From NCBI GenBank assembly GCA_002269645.1, contig NIVC01001270.1:62001-126000 (forward strand): a DNA stretch of 64,000 bases. The letters run 5' to 3'. The notes beneath the pieces were generated by a model that was not told where the DNA came from, searched no databases, and was given only the letters and a program-made list of their open reading frames with translations. The stretch is from Macrostomum lignano (Eukaryota). Both the position numbers and the translations under genes were made by a program. Positions 39,501-51,612 of this stretch are shown piece by piece (position 1 is the stretch's first letter; every line of letters begins with the position of its first letter).

Positions 39501-41917
39501 TTTTTTTAAATTGGCAACTGGCACAAGGAAAATAAAGTTGCCAGATTGGCCTCTAATGCCAAAAATCCAGTTGCCAATGAGATTTTCAAGGGGCCAAAAA
39601 ACCCTGTATGGCCCAAAAAAACCTAGACTACCAGAGAATAAGCCAAGAGCAGGCTAAACCAAGCTGTCTAGACATTACAAACAGGAGCATAAGACATAGA
39701 GGGCAAACAAGGACAAAAAGAGGCAGATAGGAGCAAGAGAAAGACACTGGCTATTATCTAGTAGCAGACAGCAATCTAGGGCAAGGGTAAGGGACTGCTA
39801 ACTAGTATAATGCCTAAACTAAACTAGTAACTCACTACACAGTCTATCTAATTGCTTTTGAAACAATTTCTCAATGGTATCATCTTGAATGTTATCAAAT
39901 TTTCAAAAGGAAATTAATTTTTCATGATACAAATATTGTGCAATATATATGCAATAGCAATAATATAGCAAATATCATCAGTATGATGTTGATAGAAATA
40001 GCATAGCCTATACAACCTTGAGTTAAGCTGACCAAAAGTATGTTATACAAATTGTTCTAGTTGATGCTAGTTATTTATTATAGATTTTTGCATGTTAGTT
40101 AAATTACCATTATTAATAAATAGAGTCATTGGACTATTGAGTAGTGGATGCACTATTTCTAAGTAGGTGTAGTCTATATATTTGTTTTTAAATTGTTTTT
40201 CTTCTATAATCTGGGCTGATAGTGGACTATACTGAAAAACATAAGCATCATGCATTTAGCCAGAGCATCCTCTAAATATAAGGTTTGGTTATGCTATAAC
40301 TTGCAATTGTAAAGCCTATTGATATTATTTTATTGCATAGTCAATAAATGTAGTAACTATTTAGTATATTTATATTGGGCACCATTAATGCAAATCTTAA
40401 TTTCCATTAATGGCAAGTGGTGCTATTAAAACAAAAAGTCTTAATTTATGAACTCTTAATTTTATTAAGTTAATAGAAAGCTAACTGCTAATCATTAGTA
40501 AGCATTAATCCATTAAAGTTAATATAGAAAATACAGAAATCTTGCACTTTTTTCCAAAATAGACTTTATAATGCACTTCATAATGCTCAAAGAACATTTG
40601 GAAACCCATATCATTCTGTTAGGGTTAGGGTAAGAAGCTCTCTTGCATTAGCAGTTGCTTCAATAACTATTGGCCACTTAATATAAATTGATGATAAAGC
40701 CAGAACAATTTTTCTTGACATGCTATACACAATTTAATTGACTTTTCCAATGCCAAGGTTATATAATACTTTGAATTCTAATTGTTTTTATTCCCATATA
40801 GTCCAGGTATATAAATAGTAGCCTTTATTAAAGTTTTTTGCATAACCTTCAAAGAGCTTTTTAATAGCAAAAAAATATATTGACTCAAATTTGAAACGTA
40901 CTGGGATCTTATTTGAATGCTCTTGATTTTTAAACTAGCCATAATTATATATTTCTTGTATTAGAAATTCAAAGCATCTTGGTGTCAGTTGAAACTGGCT
41001 TCTAAACTCATTCACACTGAACAATGGAATAACATCAGTAGAAAAGCAGGCACTTTAGTTTTTCTTTGACTTGCAAATGTTCCTAAGCTAATGCTAATAG
41101 CTAAATTTGATTGAAATATATGCAATGACCTCTGTACTTTTTCTGTGTAGCTCAAGTATATATTTTAGGATAAAATATTTTATTATGTCTTAACCTTTAT
41201 TTTAAAAACTAGACAAGCCAGAAAAATGTGTTTTTAGAATTTTATATAAAAAGGTATACAGAAGTATCATTAACATTTAAGCCTTATTTAGATTCATGCC
41301 ATTTATACCAAGAAAATAAATATAAATCCAAAAAATTGTATTAGGGCCTGTGTACACCGTAGTACACTTTAAGCAACATTGTCACATTCCATTGACTTTC
41401 TTGAGCCAGTACAAAATTTAGTGTATAGATATAAAAATTCACACAGGAGTGTATAGCAACCCTCACTATTTATTATCAGTCTTTTACCTTAATTTTTTAA
41501 TGACAGTACCTTGAATCAAGCCCTGGTTGTTAGCATCTAAGAGTGCCATGCTAGACACTGGTCTTTGCCCCCTTTCAGTGAAACAATTTTATATATATAA
41601 TAAAAACCAGTTAGGCATAGTAATATCATAGCTGAAAAAGGACTTATCATATATTTAAAAATGTTGTTTCTTGAAAATTTGATCGGCTTGTATTTTTGCA
41701 TTAAAGTTAGGCTAATTATAGGGTTCTATACTTTCTAGCTAGTAGCACAAGTTATTTCAACATTGTCCTTTATTATTTCTTTACCTCATTTTCCTACTGC
41801 AAATTAAAACTGTTTAACCATTGCAGTAGCCAAAAAGCAAGTTGCATAGACTGAAAAAACTTTGCACTGTCACTAGCCCTGTGTCTCTCTTTACTCTTGC
41901 CTATCTGGACTGCAAAA

Positions 41918-44900
41918 ATGTTCGATAACGGCAACCAGGACGTGTCTGCTGGAGGCAACTCGACTGATGCCGCCGCCGCTTCTGCTGCTGCTGCTGCTTC
42001 TAGCGACAGCAATGGCGCGATTGAGCGGAAGCGGGCCCGGAAACGGCGCTGGGGTGGCGATGATCAAGAGAAGATCCAAATTCCTGGTGAGGGTATTGAC
42101 TGTTTGTCATTGAAGCCACCATCTGTAATACCAAATTAGACATCTCAGATCCCATATTAGTCATCTCAGATCCCACATTAGACATCTCAGATCCCCATAT
42201 TAGGCATCTCAGATCCCATATTAGTCATCTCAGATCCCATATTAGACATCTCAAATCCTATATTAGACATCTCAGATCCCATATTAGTCATCTCAGATCC
42301 CCATATTAGACATCTCAGATCCCATATTAGTCATCTCAGATCCCATATTAGTCATCTCAGATCCCATATTAGTCATCTCAGATCCCATATTAGACATCTC
42401 AAATCCCCATATTAGACATCTCAGATCCCATATTAGTCATCTCTGATCCCCATATTAGACATCTCAGATCCCATATTAGTCATCTCAGATCCCATATTAG
42501 TCATCTCAGATCCAATATTAGACATCTCAGATCCCATATTAGACATCTCAGATAGATCCCCATATTAGACATCTCAGATCCCCATATTAGTCATCTCAGA
42601 TCCTATATTAGTCATCTCAGATCCCATATTAGTCATCTCAGATCCAATATTAGACATCTCAGATAGATCCCCATATTAGGCATATCAGATCCCCGGATTA
42701 GGGATCTCAGATCCCATATTAGGCATCTGCTGGTTAGGCAGCTGCGGCTGAGCTGTGGGTTACATATCTGCCCATTAGGTCAGGTGTAATATGAATTATA
42801 GTTATTAATTCTATTATTATTATTATTATCATTATTGTTATTAATATTATTACTATTATATTATGCTATTTTTCGCCCGCCCAGGCATGCCCACCATAGT
42901 CCCGTCGAACATGGACCCGGACAAGGAGAAGCAGTACATCAACCAGATCCAAATTGAGGACATCACTAGGAAGCTGCGGTCTGGCGATCTGGGCATACCG
43001 ACCGACCCGTCTAGGCGGAGCCCCAGCCCGGAGCCCATCTACGGCTCCGATGGCAAGCGGTTGAACACGCGCGAGTACAGGACCAAGCGTAAGATGGAGG
43101 AACTGCGCCACAAGCTCATACAGGAGGTGCTGGAGCTCAATCCGGATTATAAGCCGCCCAGCGACTACAAGCCGCCGACTGTGAAGGTCACGGAAAAGGT
43201 TCGGCACAGCTGTGATGTTCCTTTTTCCTACCTTGTGCTTCTTGTCTGCTGGATATGCCGATCCTTATGTCTCCTTACCCTCTCTCCTGTCTGTCCTCAT
43301 GTCTCATCTCACCCTCTCTCCTGTCTGTTCTCATGTCTCATCTCACCCTCTCTCCTGTCTGTTCTCATGTCTCATCTCCCCCTCTCTCCTTTCTTTTTTG
43401 ATGTCTCATCTCACCCTCTCTCCTGTCTGTCCTCATGTCTCCTCTCACCCTCTCTCCTGTCTGTCCTCATGTCTCATCTCCCCCTCTCTCCTTTCTGTTT
43501 TGATGTCTCATCTCACCCTCTCTCCTGTCTGTCCTCATGTCTCCTCTCACCCTCTCTCCTGTCTGTCCTCATGTCTCCTCTCCCCCTCTCTCCTGTCTGT
43601 CCTCATGTCTCATCTCACCCTCTCTCCTGTCTGTCCTCATGTCTCCTCTCCCCCTCTCTCCTGTCTGTCCTCATGTCTCATCTCACCATCTCTCCTGTCT
43701 GTCCTCATGTCTCCTCTCACCCTCTCTCCAAGTTTCTCTTCTCTTCATCATTCTACCAACCCTAGCACTGTCCGATGCCAATTAGCAGTTGCTTAGAGTA
43801 AACATAATGTTATAACCGCTGCAATTTGTCTTTAACCTCCACCTTCTGCCCAGATCTACATACCTCAGGAGGAGCACCCGGACGTGAATTTTGTGGGCCT
43901 AATCATTGGACCGCGCGGCAACACGCTGAAGAATCTCGAGCGCGAGACCAACTGCCGGATAATTATTCGGGGCAAAGGCAGCGTGAAAGAAGGTGAGGCC
44001 GCGCGTTTGGATTGTTCCTTGTCTTTATTAGATTTTAATTAATGGTTTTTGCCCTGTTAACTCATATGCTAACGATACTACTTTTTTCTCTCGTACAAGT
44101 AGCATTATAAACATTTTTGTTCGTCCAAAATTTAGGAAAAATTCGCGACGGCACAAAAATGCCCGGCGAAGACGACGATCTGCACGCGTACGTCACCTCG
44201 ATGTCTTCCGACAGTGTGCGCAATGCCATCGAAAAGATCCGGGCCATTATTAAGCAGGGTGAGTTGAGCTATCGCATTTTATAGACTTAGCACTTAAAAT
44301 AGGGCCTGATTTGACAGGCTAAGTTTAGAAGCTAGGGTGGATTTGATGGACTGAACACCTGAGATAGGGGTGGATTTGATAGAATGAACACCTGAAATAG
44401 TGGCGGATTTGATAGACTCAACATCTGAGGTAGGGGCGGATTTGATAGATTGAACGTCTGAGATAGGGGTGGATTTGATGGACTGAACACCTGAGATAGG
44501 GGTGGATTTGATAGAATGAACACCTGAGATAGGGGCGGATTTGATAGAATGAACACCTGAGATAGGGGCGGATTTGATAGATTGAACACCTGAGATAGTG
44601 GCGGATTTGATAGACTGAACACCTGAAATAGGGGCGGATTTGATAGATTGAACGTCTGAAATAGGGGCGGATTTGATAGACTGAACACCTGATATGGGGC
44701 GGATTTGATAGACTGAACACCTGATATGGGGCGGATTTGATAGACTGAACACCTGAAATAGGGGCGGATTTGATAGACTGAACACCTGATATGGGGCGGA
44801 TTTGATAGACTGAACACCTGAAATAGGGGCGGATTTGATAGATTGAACACCTGATGTGGGGCGGATTTGATAGACTGAACACCTGAGATAGGGGCGGATT

Positions 44901-46396
44901 TGATAGATTGAACACCTGATATGGGGCGGATTTGATAGACTGAACACCTGAGATAGGGGCGGATTTGATAGACTGAACAGCTGAGATAGGGGCGGATTTG
45001 ATAGACTGAACACCTGAGATAGGGGCGGATTTGATAGACTGAACACCTGAGATAGGGGCGGATTTGATAGACTGAACGTCTGAGATAAGGGCGGATTTGA
45101 TAGATTGAACGTCTGAGATAAGGGCGGATTTGATAGATTGAACGTCTGAGATAGGGGCGGATTTGATAGATTGAACGTCTGAGATAAGGGCGGATTTGAT
45201 AGATTGAACGTCTGAGATAAGGGCGGATTTGATAGATTGAACGTCTGAGATAAGGGCGGATTTGATAGACTGAACACCTGAGATAGGGGCGGATTTGATA
45301 GACTGAACGTCTGAGATAAGGGCGGATTTGATAGATTGAACGTCTGAAATAGGGGCGGATTTGATAGATTGAACGTCTGAAATAGGGGCGGATTTGATAG
45401 ATTGAACGTCTGAAATAGGGGCGGATTTGATAGATTAAACGTCTGAAATAGGGGCGGATTTGATGCACCAAGCAAGCAGTCATCCCCGGGGCGCCGCTCC
45501 GCTCATCCCCGCCCTCAGGCATCGAGCAGCCGGAGGAGAACAACGAACTGAGGCGGAAGCAGCTCCGCGAGCTGGCCCTGTTCAACGGCACCCTGCGCGA
45601 AGACGAAGGCCTGGCTAAACTGCGCCAGCTGGCCGAAGCCTCCGACATCATCACCAACCAGATTGTCTGCACCAACTGCGGCGGCGCCGGCCATCTCGCC
45701 AAGGATTGTCGGGCACCACGCGGCGGCGGCGGCAGCGATAACGCAGGCGGGCCTGGCAGCGGCGGCGGAGGCCCTGGCGCCCAACATCAGCAGAAGGAGA
45801 TGGACAGCGAGTACTCGGCTCTCATGCAGGAGCTCGGCGTCAGTACAGCCTCGTCCTCCACTGCTGCGTCAGCCAATTCAACGTACACCGCCGCGTCGGT
45901 AGCAACCAGCAGCTTCGGTGCTGGCGGCAGCGGCCCGGGGCCTCGGCGCTTTCCGGCGCCGACGCCGTCTGGCGGATTCTCCGCTTCTGGCGGGGGAGGG
46001 CCGCCGCCGCGCAACTTCGGCCCGCCGCAGGGCGGATACGGCAGGCCGTCCTACTATGGCGGACAGCCCCGGCCGCCTCTGGCCATTGCCGGGCCGCAGC
46101 ATCATCAGCAGCAGCATCATCAGCAGCAGCACCATCCAGGCTACGGAGCCGGTCCTGGTGGGCCGCGCAACTGGCACGGCCCGCCGTTTCAGCCCGGGAA
46201 CCGGCATCCGCCGCCTCCACCGCCGCCGCCGGGCTCGTCGGCCGGTCCGGCGTGGCGAGCGGCGCCGTCCCGGCCGCGCTTCCCGCCGCCGCGGCCTCCG
46301 TCGCAGTCCTGGCTGCCGCCTCCGCCAGGTGTCGGCGGCTACGGCGGCCACGGAATGCGACTGCCGCCGCCGCCGCCGCCGCCGCCCGGTTACTAA
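41918..46396 (+). CDS. SF1: Splicing factor 1 / branchpoint-binding protein; exons 41918-42086, 42885-43198, 43854-43992, 44136-44258, 45519-46396 (540 aa)
   Basis: ULM RKRRW; RSPSPEPIY; KH domain [15 protein letters not shown]...[11 protein letters not shown]; QUA2 [13 protein letters not shown]; knuckle [14 protein letters not shown]; Pro-rich tail. All four GT-AG introns keep the frame. Confidence 0.96.
42136..42722. repeat. 20-21-bp minisatellite, SF1 intron 1
   Basis: Tandem TAG(A/T)CATCTCAGATCCC(C)ATAT. Confidence 0.95.
42738..42860 (+). mobile_element. SINE family A 3' fragment with (TAT)n tail
   Basis: GCAGCTGCGGCTGAGCTGTGGGTTACATATCTGCCCATT...CAGGTG matches 16487-16536 and is followed by a TAT-repeat tail. 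Confidence 0.65.
43270..43732. repeat. ~32-34-bp CT-rich minisatellite, SF1 intron 2
   Basis: Tandem TCTCCTGTCTGTCCTCATGTCTCATCTCACCCTC variants. Confidence 0.92.
44330..45465. repeat. 33-bp minisatellite, SF1 intron 4
   Basis: About 34 copies of GAACACCTGAGATAGGGGCGGATTTGATAGACT variants. Confidence 0.96.
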
Positions 46397-47211
46397 GAAG
46401 AACACAACACATCCCTGATGTTGCTGTTGTTTCCTTTTCCTGGCTCTCGCTTTTTATGTCGTTAATTTTCATTGATGAGCTACAAGTACTACTACTGCAC
46501 TGAGTAGAGTATGCTGCAAAATATTTAAATGCATAGGCAGTTTTTTATTGTACGCGTGCCCCGTTTTGCTTGCATTATTTGATAATAATATTATGTAGCT
46601 TAAATGTAAAATATGTCTATTGTAATTGAGTAAATTTTGTGTTTAGATGTGCGCGTGTTTTTTTAACTGGCGATTCGGGTTTAGTCTCTGTGCTGCTCCT
46701 CCGGGTGTCACCGTTGCAATATGCAGCCAAGTTAATTACTCATTACTAGCAGTTCCAGTTGGACATGTGAAAGCAAGTTATTGATAATGTGAACTTTTTG
46801 TCTGCATATGAAATCATAATATATCTTAAAAGCGTCGTCACGATATAAAAATCTGTAAGTCTTGCGAATATGCCTTTGGTAGTTACGTCACTCCGCTGAC
46901 CCAAATCAAAGAAGAATTTACAATGCGCATTAAACAACTTGATGATGCAAATTGAAATTCGCCAAGCGAACTTCGCTTCTCTCGACTGCTATCTACATGA
47001 TCCAAAGTAGCATCTTGGATAAGGTTACGAGTAATTGCTAATACAGTACAGGTCTTAAGTGTGACTTCCTGTTGCCAGTTGCCATGCGGGCACACCTTGC
47101 GGTAATTGCTGGCCCTATATTTAAACAGGCAAGTATTGCAGCTTGGCTCTGCATTGCGCTGAGAGTTAAACAGCTTTCTTGCAGTGCGAATTCTTGACAC
47201 AGACAGCTCAG

Positions 47212-49421
47212 ATGGAGCCCAACACCAATCCCGAGCAGCTGTACGACAATGCCGAGGAGATCAGCAAGTGCCGCTGTCGCCTGCTAGTGCTGCCGCTGCT
47301 GCAGTGTTTCGTCACTTGCCTGTTTGTTGTCGGGCTGGAGTGCAGCGTAGGTTGGACTTGGCTGAGACCCTCGGCTGCGAGCCGGCAGGCGAGTCATTCA
47401 AGTGTTGCCTTAGCTCAATGGGGAGTTGCTGAGGCTCAATGGGGAGTTGCTGAGGCTCAATGGGGAGTTGCTGAGGCTCAATAGGGAGTTGCTGTGGTTC
47501 AATGGGGAGTTGCTGTGGTTCAATAGGGAGTTGCTGTGGTTCAATAGGGAGTTGCTGTGGTTCAATAAGGAGTTGCTGAGGTTCAATAGGGAGTTGCTGA
47601 GGTTCAATGGGGAATTGCTGAGGTTTAATAGGGAGTTGCTGAGGCTCAATGGGGAGTTGCTGAGGTTTAATAGGGAGTTGCTGAGGCTCAATGGGGAGTT
47701 GCTGAGGTTCAATGGCTCAATGGGGAGTTGCTGTGGTTCAATGGCTCAATGGGGAGTTGCTGAGATTTAATAGGGAGTTGCTGAGGTTCAATGGGGAGTT
47801 GCTGAGATTTAATAGGGAGTTGCTGAGGTTCAATGGGGAGTTGCTGTGGTTTAATGGGGAGTTGCTGAGGTTCAGTGGGGAGTTGCTGTGGTTCAGTGGG
47901 GAGTTGCTGTGGTTCAATGACTCAATGGGGAGTTGCTGTGGTTTAATGGGGAGTTGCTGAGGTTCAGTGGGGAGTTGCTGTGGTTCAGTGGGGAGTTGCT
48001 GTGGTTCAATGACTCAATGGGGAGTTGCTGAGGTTCAATTGCAGTGGATAGTGGAATCTCGGCTTGGGTCTGTTCGTGCAATTACGAGCTTTGAGGGCCT
48101 TGTGGGCCAACCCCTAATTGGCATAGTAAAGTGTACATGCCTAACGATAAATAAAGTTAGAGCCGCTGTACACTCCTGTGTGAGTGTGCCTGTCCTATGA
48201 ATGTGTACACATGTACGTTTCCGCGCGCTTCTGCTCAGGTGAGCTGACAGAAGGGTAATGCCTCTCGCCGGTTGTGCGACAAATGTCGCTAAAAGTGCAA
48301 AAAGGCACGGTGCACACAGCCCGTGGCTGTAACTAAAAACTAAATGGCTCAATGGGGAGTTGCTGCTGAGACGGCAAGGCTTAAGCGGAAGTTTTGAAAT
48401 GTCATGGCTGAAGATGGGCTTCTGAGTTGTCGTGGCAAGAAGGACCAGCGTATTCGATCAGTAGTTTGAGAATTTTCAGAGTAAATTTAAAATGGAGTGT
48501 AAGAGCATGCGTGTAAATTAATATTTACACGCTATCTACACTATAAGTGCGCTAAACACCCTCATTGCTCGCAGGACCTAATCAGTCTTGTCGTGCTGCC
48601 CTGCCCTAACAGCGCGAGCGGCCAGCTGTACTCCTGCCCGGACGGTTCCGACTGCCGTCTGCCGCTGGGCGAGCGACTCGACTCGAGCTTGGGTCCCTCG
48701 TATCGACTGGAGCAAAACAGTTCTGTACGAGTTCTGCTGAGCGGGAGCTTCCGCATCACCGCTCAAGTGAATGCCAATGTTCTGTGTATATGGACTAGAT
48801 TAGCAATCCATTGTATTGCTTCCTGTTTGTAGGATATAGATTAGCAATCCATTGTATTGCCTCCTGTTTGTAGGCTATAGATTAGCAATCCATTGTATTG
48901 CCTCCTGTTTGTAGGATATAGATTAGCAATCCATTGTATTGCTTCCTGTTTGTAGGATATAGATTAGCAATCCATTGTATTGCCTCCTGTTTGTAGGCTA
49001 TAGATTAGCTTAGCAATCCATTGTATTGCTTCCTGTTTGTAGGATATAGATTAGCAAATTCCCAGAGAGATTAGATATCCCTTTACCGTCGAAATCGATT
49101 GACCATTCGTTCAAATTTCTTTTTCTACGATACCGATTAGCAGTAAGCGCAGTGCAAAAATATTCCCAATCTTCACCATCTCACTCGCAGATAGCGTGTC
49201 ACACCACATGTAATAATACAGCTTGTGGCAACATGAGCGCTTCCATTGAGCTGCATAACAACAGGAATCTCCGGTGCTTCAAGAACAACAGCAAGTACCA
49301 GTTCTGCAACTTCTACGAGCTGCTTGATCTGTCAGCCAATGACAAGGTCAGCTTTCGCAGCAACTGCCAAGTGGCCTGCGCCAAGCACATGACCAGCATG
49401 TCGATTGAACGAATCAGCTGA
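47212..49421 (+). CDS. Putative type II membrane protein with a divergent TNF/C1q-like domain; exons 47212-47388, 48575-48766, 49191-49421 (199 aa)
   Basis: Hydrophobic segment LLVLPLLQCFVTCLFVVGL. LEQNSSVRVLLSGSFRITAQ|IAC follows the TNF pattern L-x-N-x-L-x-V-x3-G-x-Y-x-I-x-SQV. LLDLSANDKVSF follows the (F/L)-x-L-x2-GD-x-(L/I)-S pattern. Needs a GC-AG intron 1 (CAG|GCGAGT) and a GT-AG intron 2, both phase 0. Confidence 0.6.
47410..48038. repeat. 21-bp minisatellite
   Basis: Tandem CAATGGGGAGTTGCTG(A/T)GGTT; one more unit resumes after the SINE at ~48343. Confidence 0.95.
48045..48342 (+). mobile_element. SINE family B copy, 5'-truncated, inserted into the 21-bp array
   Basis: GGAATCTCGGCTTGG...GTGTACATGCCTAACGATAAATAAAGTTAG...CCGGTTGTG aligns with 31948-32186. 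Confidence 0.8.
48796..49058. repeat. 41-bp minisatellite
   Basis: About 6 copies of TAGATTAGCAATCCATTGTATTGCTTCCTGTTTGTAGGATA. Confidence 0.95.
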
Positions 49422-50363
49422 GGAAGAGTCTTAGATAACGAGCTATGCGACGGACTGGATCTCAGATCTTAACTAAAGTACTGGATGAGCCACTCGATAA
49501 ATGTATCTGATTTTTTAACCTATTTTCGATCGCAGATACTAGAATAACTAGTTATGTATGTCGAAAAAATGCGCTTGTCTACTCTTTTTCAGTAGTAAAA
49601 TTAGCGTTTTTTAAAAGCGGACTTCTAGGAATGCCTCAGACTCGAAATTATTTACAAAGAAATGAATTATGAATTTAAGATTGAAGATTTCAGGAAAACT
49701 TGAAAAACCCAAATCCAGTTTGTGTGTATAGAGAAACGGGGTTGGTGCCCCAGCCAGGCCGATAAAAATTTTGGCTTTCCTCTTGCCAACTTTGCTTGAC
49801 TTTGACTTCTGACTCTGACTTCTCTCTTTACAGCTCTCTCATTGGCTGAGCGAGATTGGGCCTGTCTTTCCCTAGTCTCAGTTTCGTCCATCTAACTCTG
49901 ATCTCTCTACTTACTGCTCTCTCATTGGCTGAGCTGGATTGGGTGCTTACTTGTGTACATCGAGTTAAATGCCTATTGTTGATTCCTAACCCCCATATTC
50001 TTTGAGGTCATAAACTAGGAAGGAAAGGAGATTTTAGCTGCCACATTAAATTTAAGTGGCGCTGCGCAGACAAACTACTGAAAAATAGTAGACGCTGTAC
50101 TTTTTCACAACTTTACTTGCGAGTGACATATCCATTAGTTATTGCATCTGTGCTTTCTATTGAACACCATATGATTTTTTTGCGGTAACTCGTCAGATCT
50201 GTGGGCTTTGACCATAGACAAAATGCTCGGAGCCAATAAAAACTGGGAGAGGGTGGCCCAAATATAGTGCTTTAGTATTCGTAGTTCATCAAATTTACAA
50301 TACTAATTTAACCCAAATTCGACTTGTATTCACGAACTAGCGTGCTCGACTTTTAATCCCAGA

Positions 50364-51585
50364 CAGTGGTGGGAGTGAGGAGTGCCCATTTTTTTCGCGC
50401 CTACGATTTTTTTTCGCGCCGCAAGTTTTTTTGTGTCAATCTTTTTTGCCATACATTGACTAAATAATGTTCAAAAGAGTAACTCTGATCGAAAAAAACG
50501 ATTGTTGTGTTGTTGCAACAGCTTGACTATAATTTAACATCGTAGTCGTAGACAATAGTGCGCCACTCGCACTCGTGGGTCTCGTGTATTGCATTTTATT
50601 AGGTCTTACTTAGGTCTTACTTAGGAATTATTTAAATGAAAGTTATTGAATTGCTAAAGATTAAATTCGAAATAATCGTAACTTGCATTTGTTATAATTC
50701 AAGCTAGACTAAATCTAATATATGAAATCGAAAGCTATATACGAGAGCGTATCTAACTTTGGAAGATGTAATTTTAAGCAAGTAAAAGGCAACTAACATA
50801 GCATTAGCCTAAAAAAACATTACGACTAATTGTTCAATATTGTCATTGTCACGCTGTTGTTATCCAGAGCGGAACTTTTTCTGTTGAACGCTTTCTGGCA
50901 GAGGGTTCGACAATGACTGCTCAATAGCTCGACGCTTGAGCACCGTCTCAGTGATTTTGTCGGCCTGTTTCAGCTTCTTCTTCTGCAGCTTGTCTTGTCT
51001 GTGTCGCAGGTCGTCCAGCTCACGATCTCGGTCCTCCTTCGCCTTAGTCATTTCCAGCAACAGCTTCTGAGCGTCATCCCTCTGCTTCTGCTTCTTCTTT
51101 ATATGCTCGTTAGTCTCCAGAACAGAATTTTCTAAGTCTGTGAATGTCTTGCTTGCGCTTTTCTCGTTTCGAATTTCGGAGAGGACACTCTTCTCGAGCT
51201 CTTCCCTCTTCTTGCGCTCCTCTTCTTGCTTCTCTTCTTCCAGCCGTCGGCGGTACGCAGCATAGGCGCTGTTGCACAGGTTCCGCAACCTAAGCGAGAC
51301 TGGTAGCGTAGCAGCTGTCCAACATTTAGCAGCAAGGCAAGAGCGCGCGACGAGTTTCAGCATAACACAAGTTTATTTAAACAACAATAAGTTTACAAGT
51401 GAAAGTACAGCTGTAGGAGACACTGGGGGTGTGGCAGTCACTGGCAAAGTAAAGCAAAATCAGCTCACTTTTTTCGCGCATTGAGCATAAAAAAAAATCG
51501 CGCCTCGCCTCACAAATCGCGCATTCGCGCCATTAATCCCGAAATTCGCGCCAGGCGCGAATTCGCGCCTCACTCCCACCACTTG
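50364..51585 (-). mobile_element. Internally deleted TIR element (hAT-like) retaining a coiled-coil terminal exon
   Basis: Inverted ends AGTGGTGGGAGTGAGG / CCTCACTCCCACCACT and multiple TTCGCGC subterminal motifs at both ends. Minus ORF 50860-51300 (LRNLCNSAYAAYRRRLEEEKQEEERKKR) resembles transposase C-terminal tails. TSD ambiguous. Confidence 0.5.
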
Positions 51586-51612
51586 GTCTGGGATTCCCAG
51601 ACTAATTATTTA

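Noticed and set aside
47084-47184. Extra upstream exon (ATG 47084) spliced via a second GC donor CAG|GCAAGT at 47129 to the acceptor at 47184
   Set aside because: It is in frame but cannot be separated from a TATA-box reading (TATATTTAAA at ~47115) or a trans-splice acceptor, so it was left out of the gene model.
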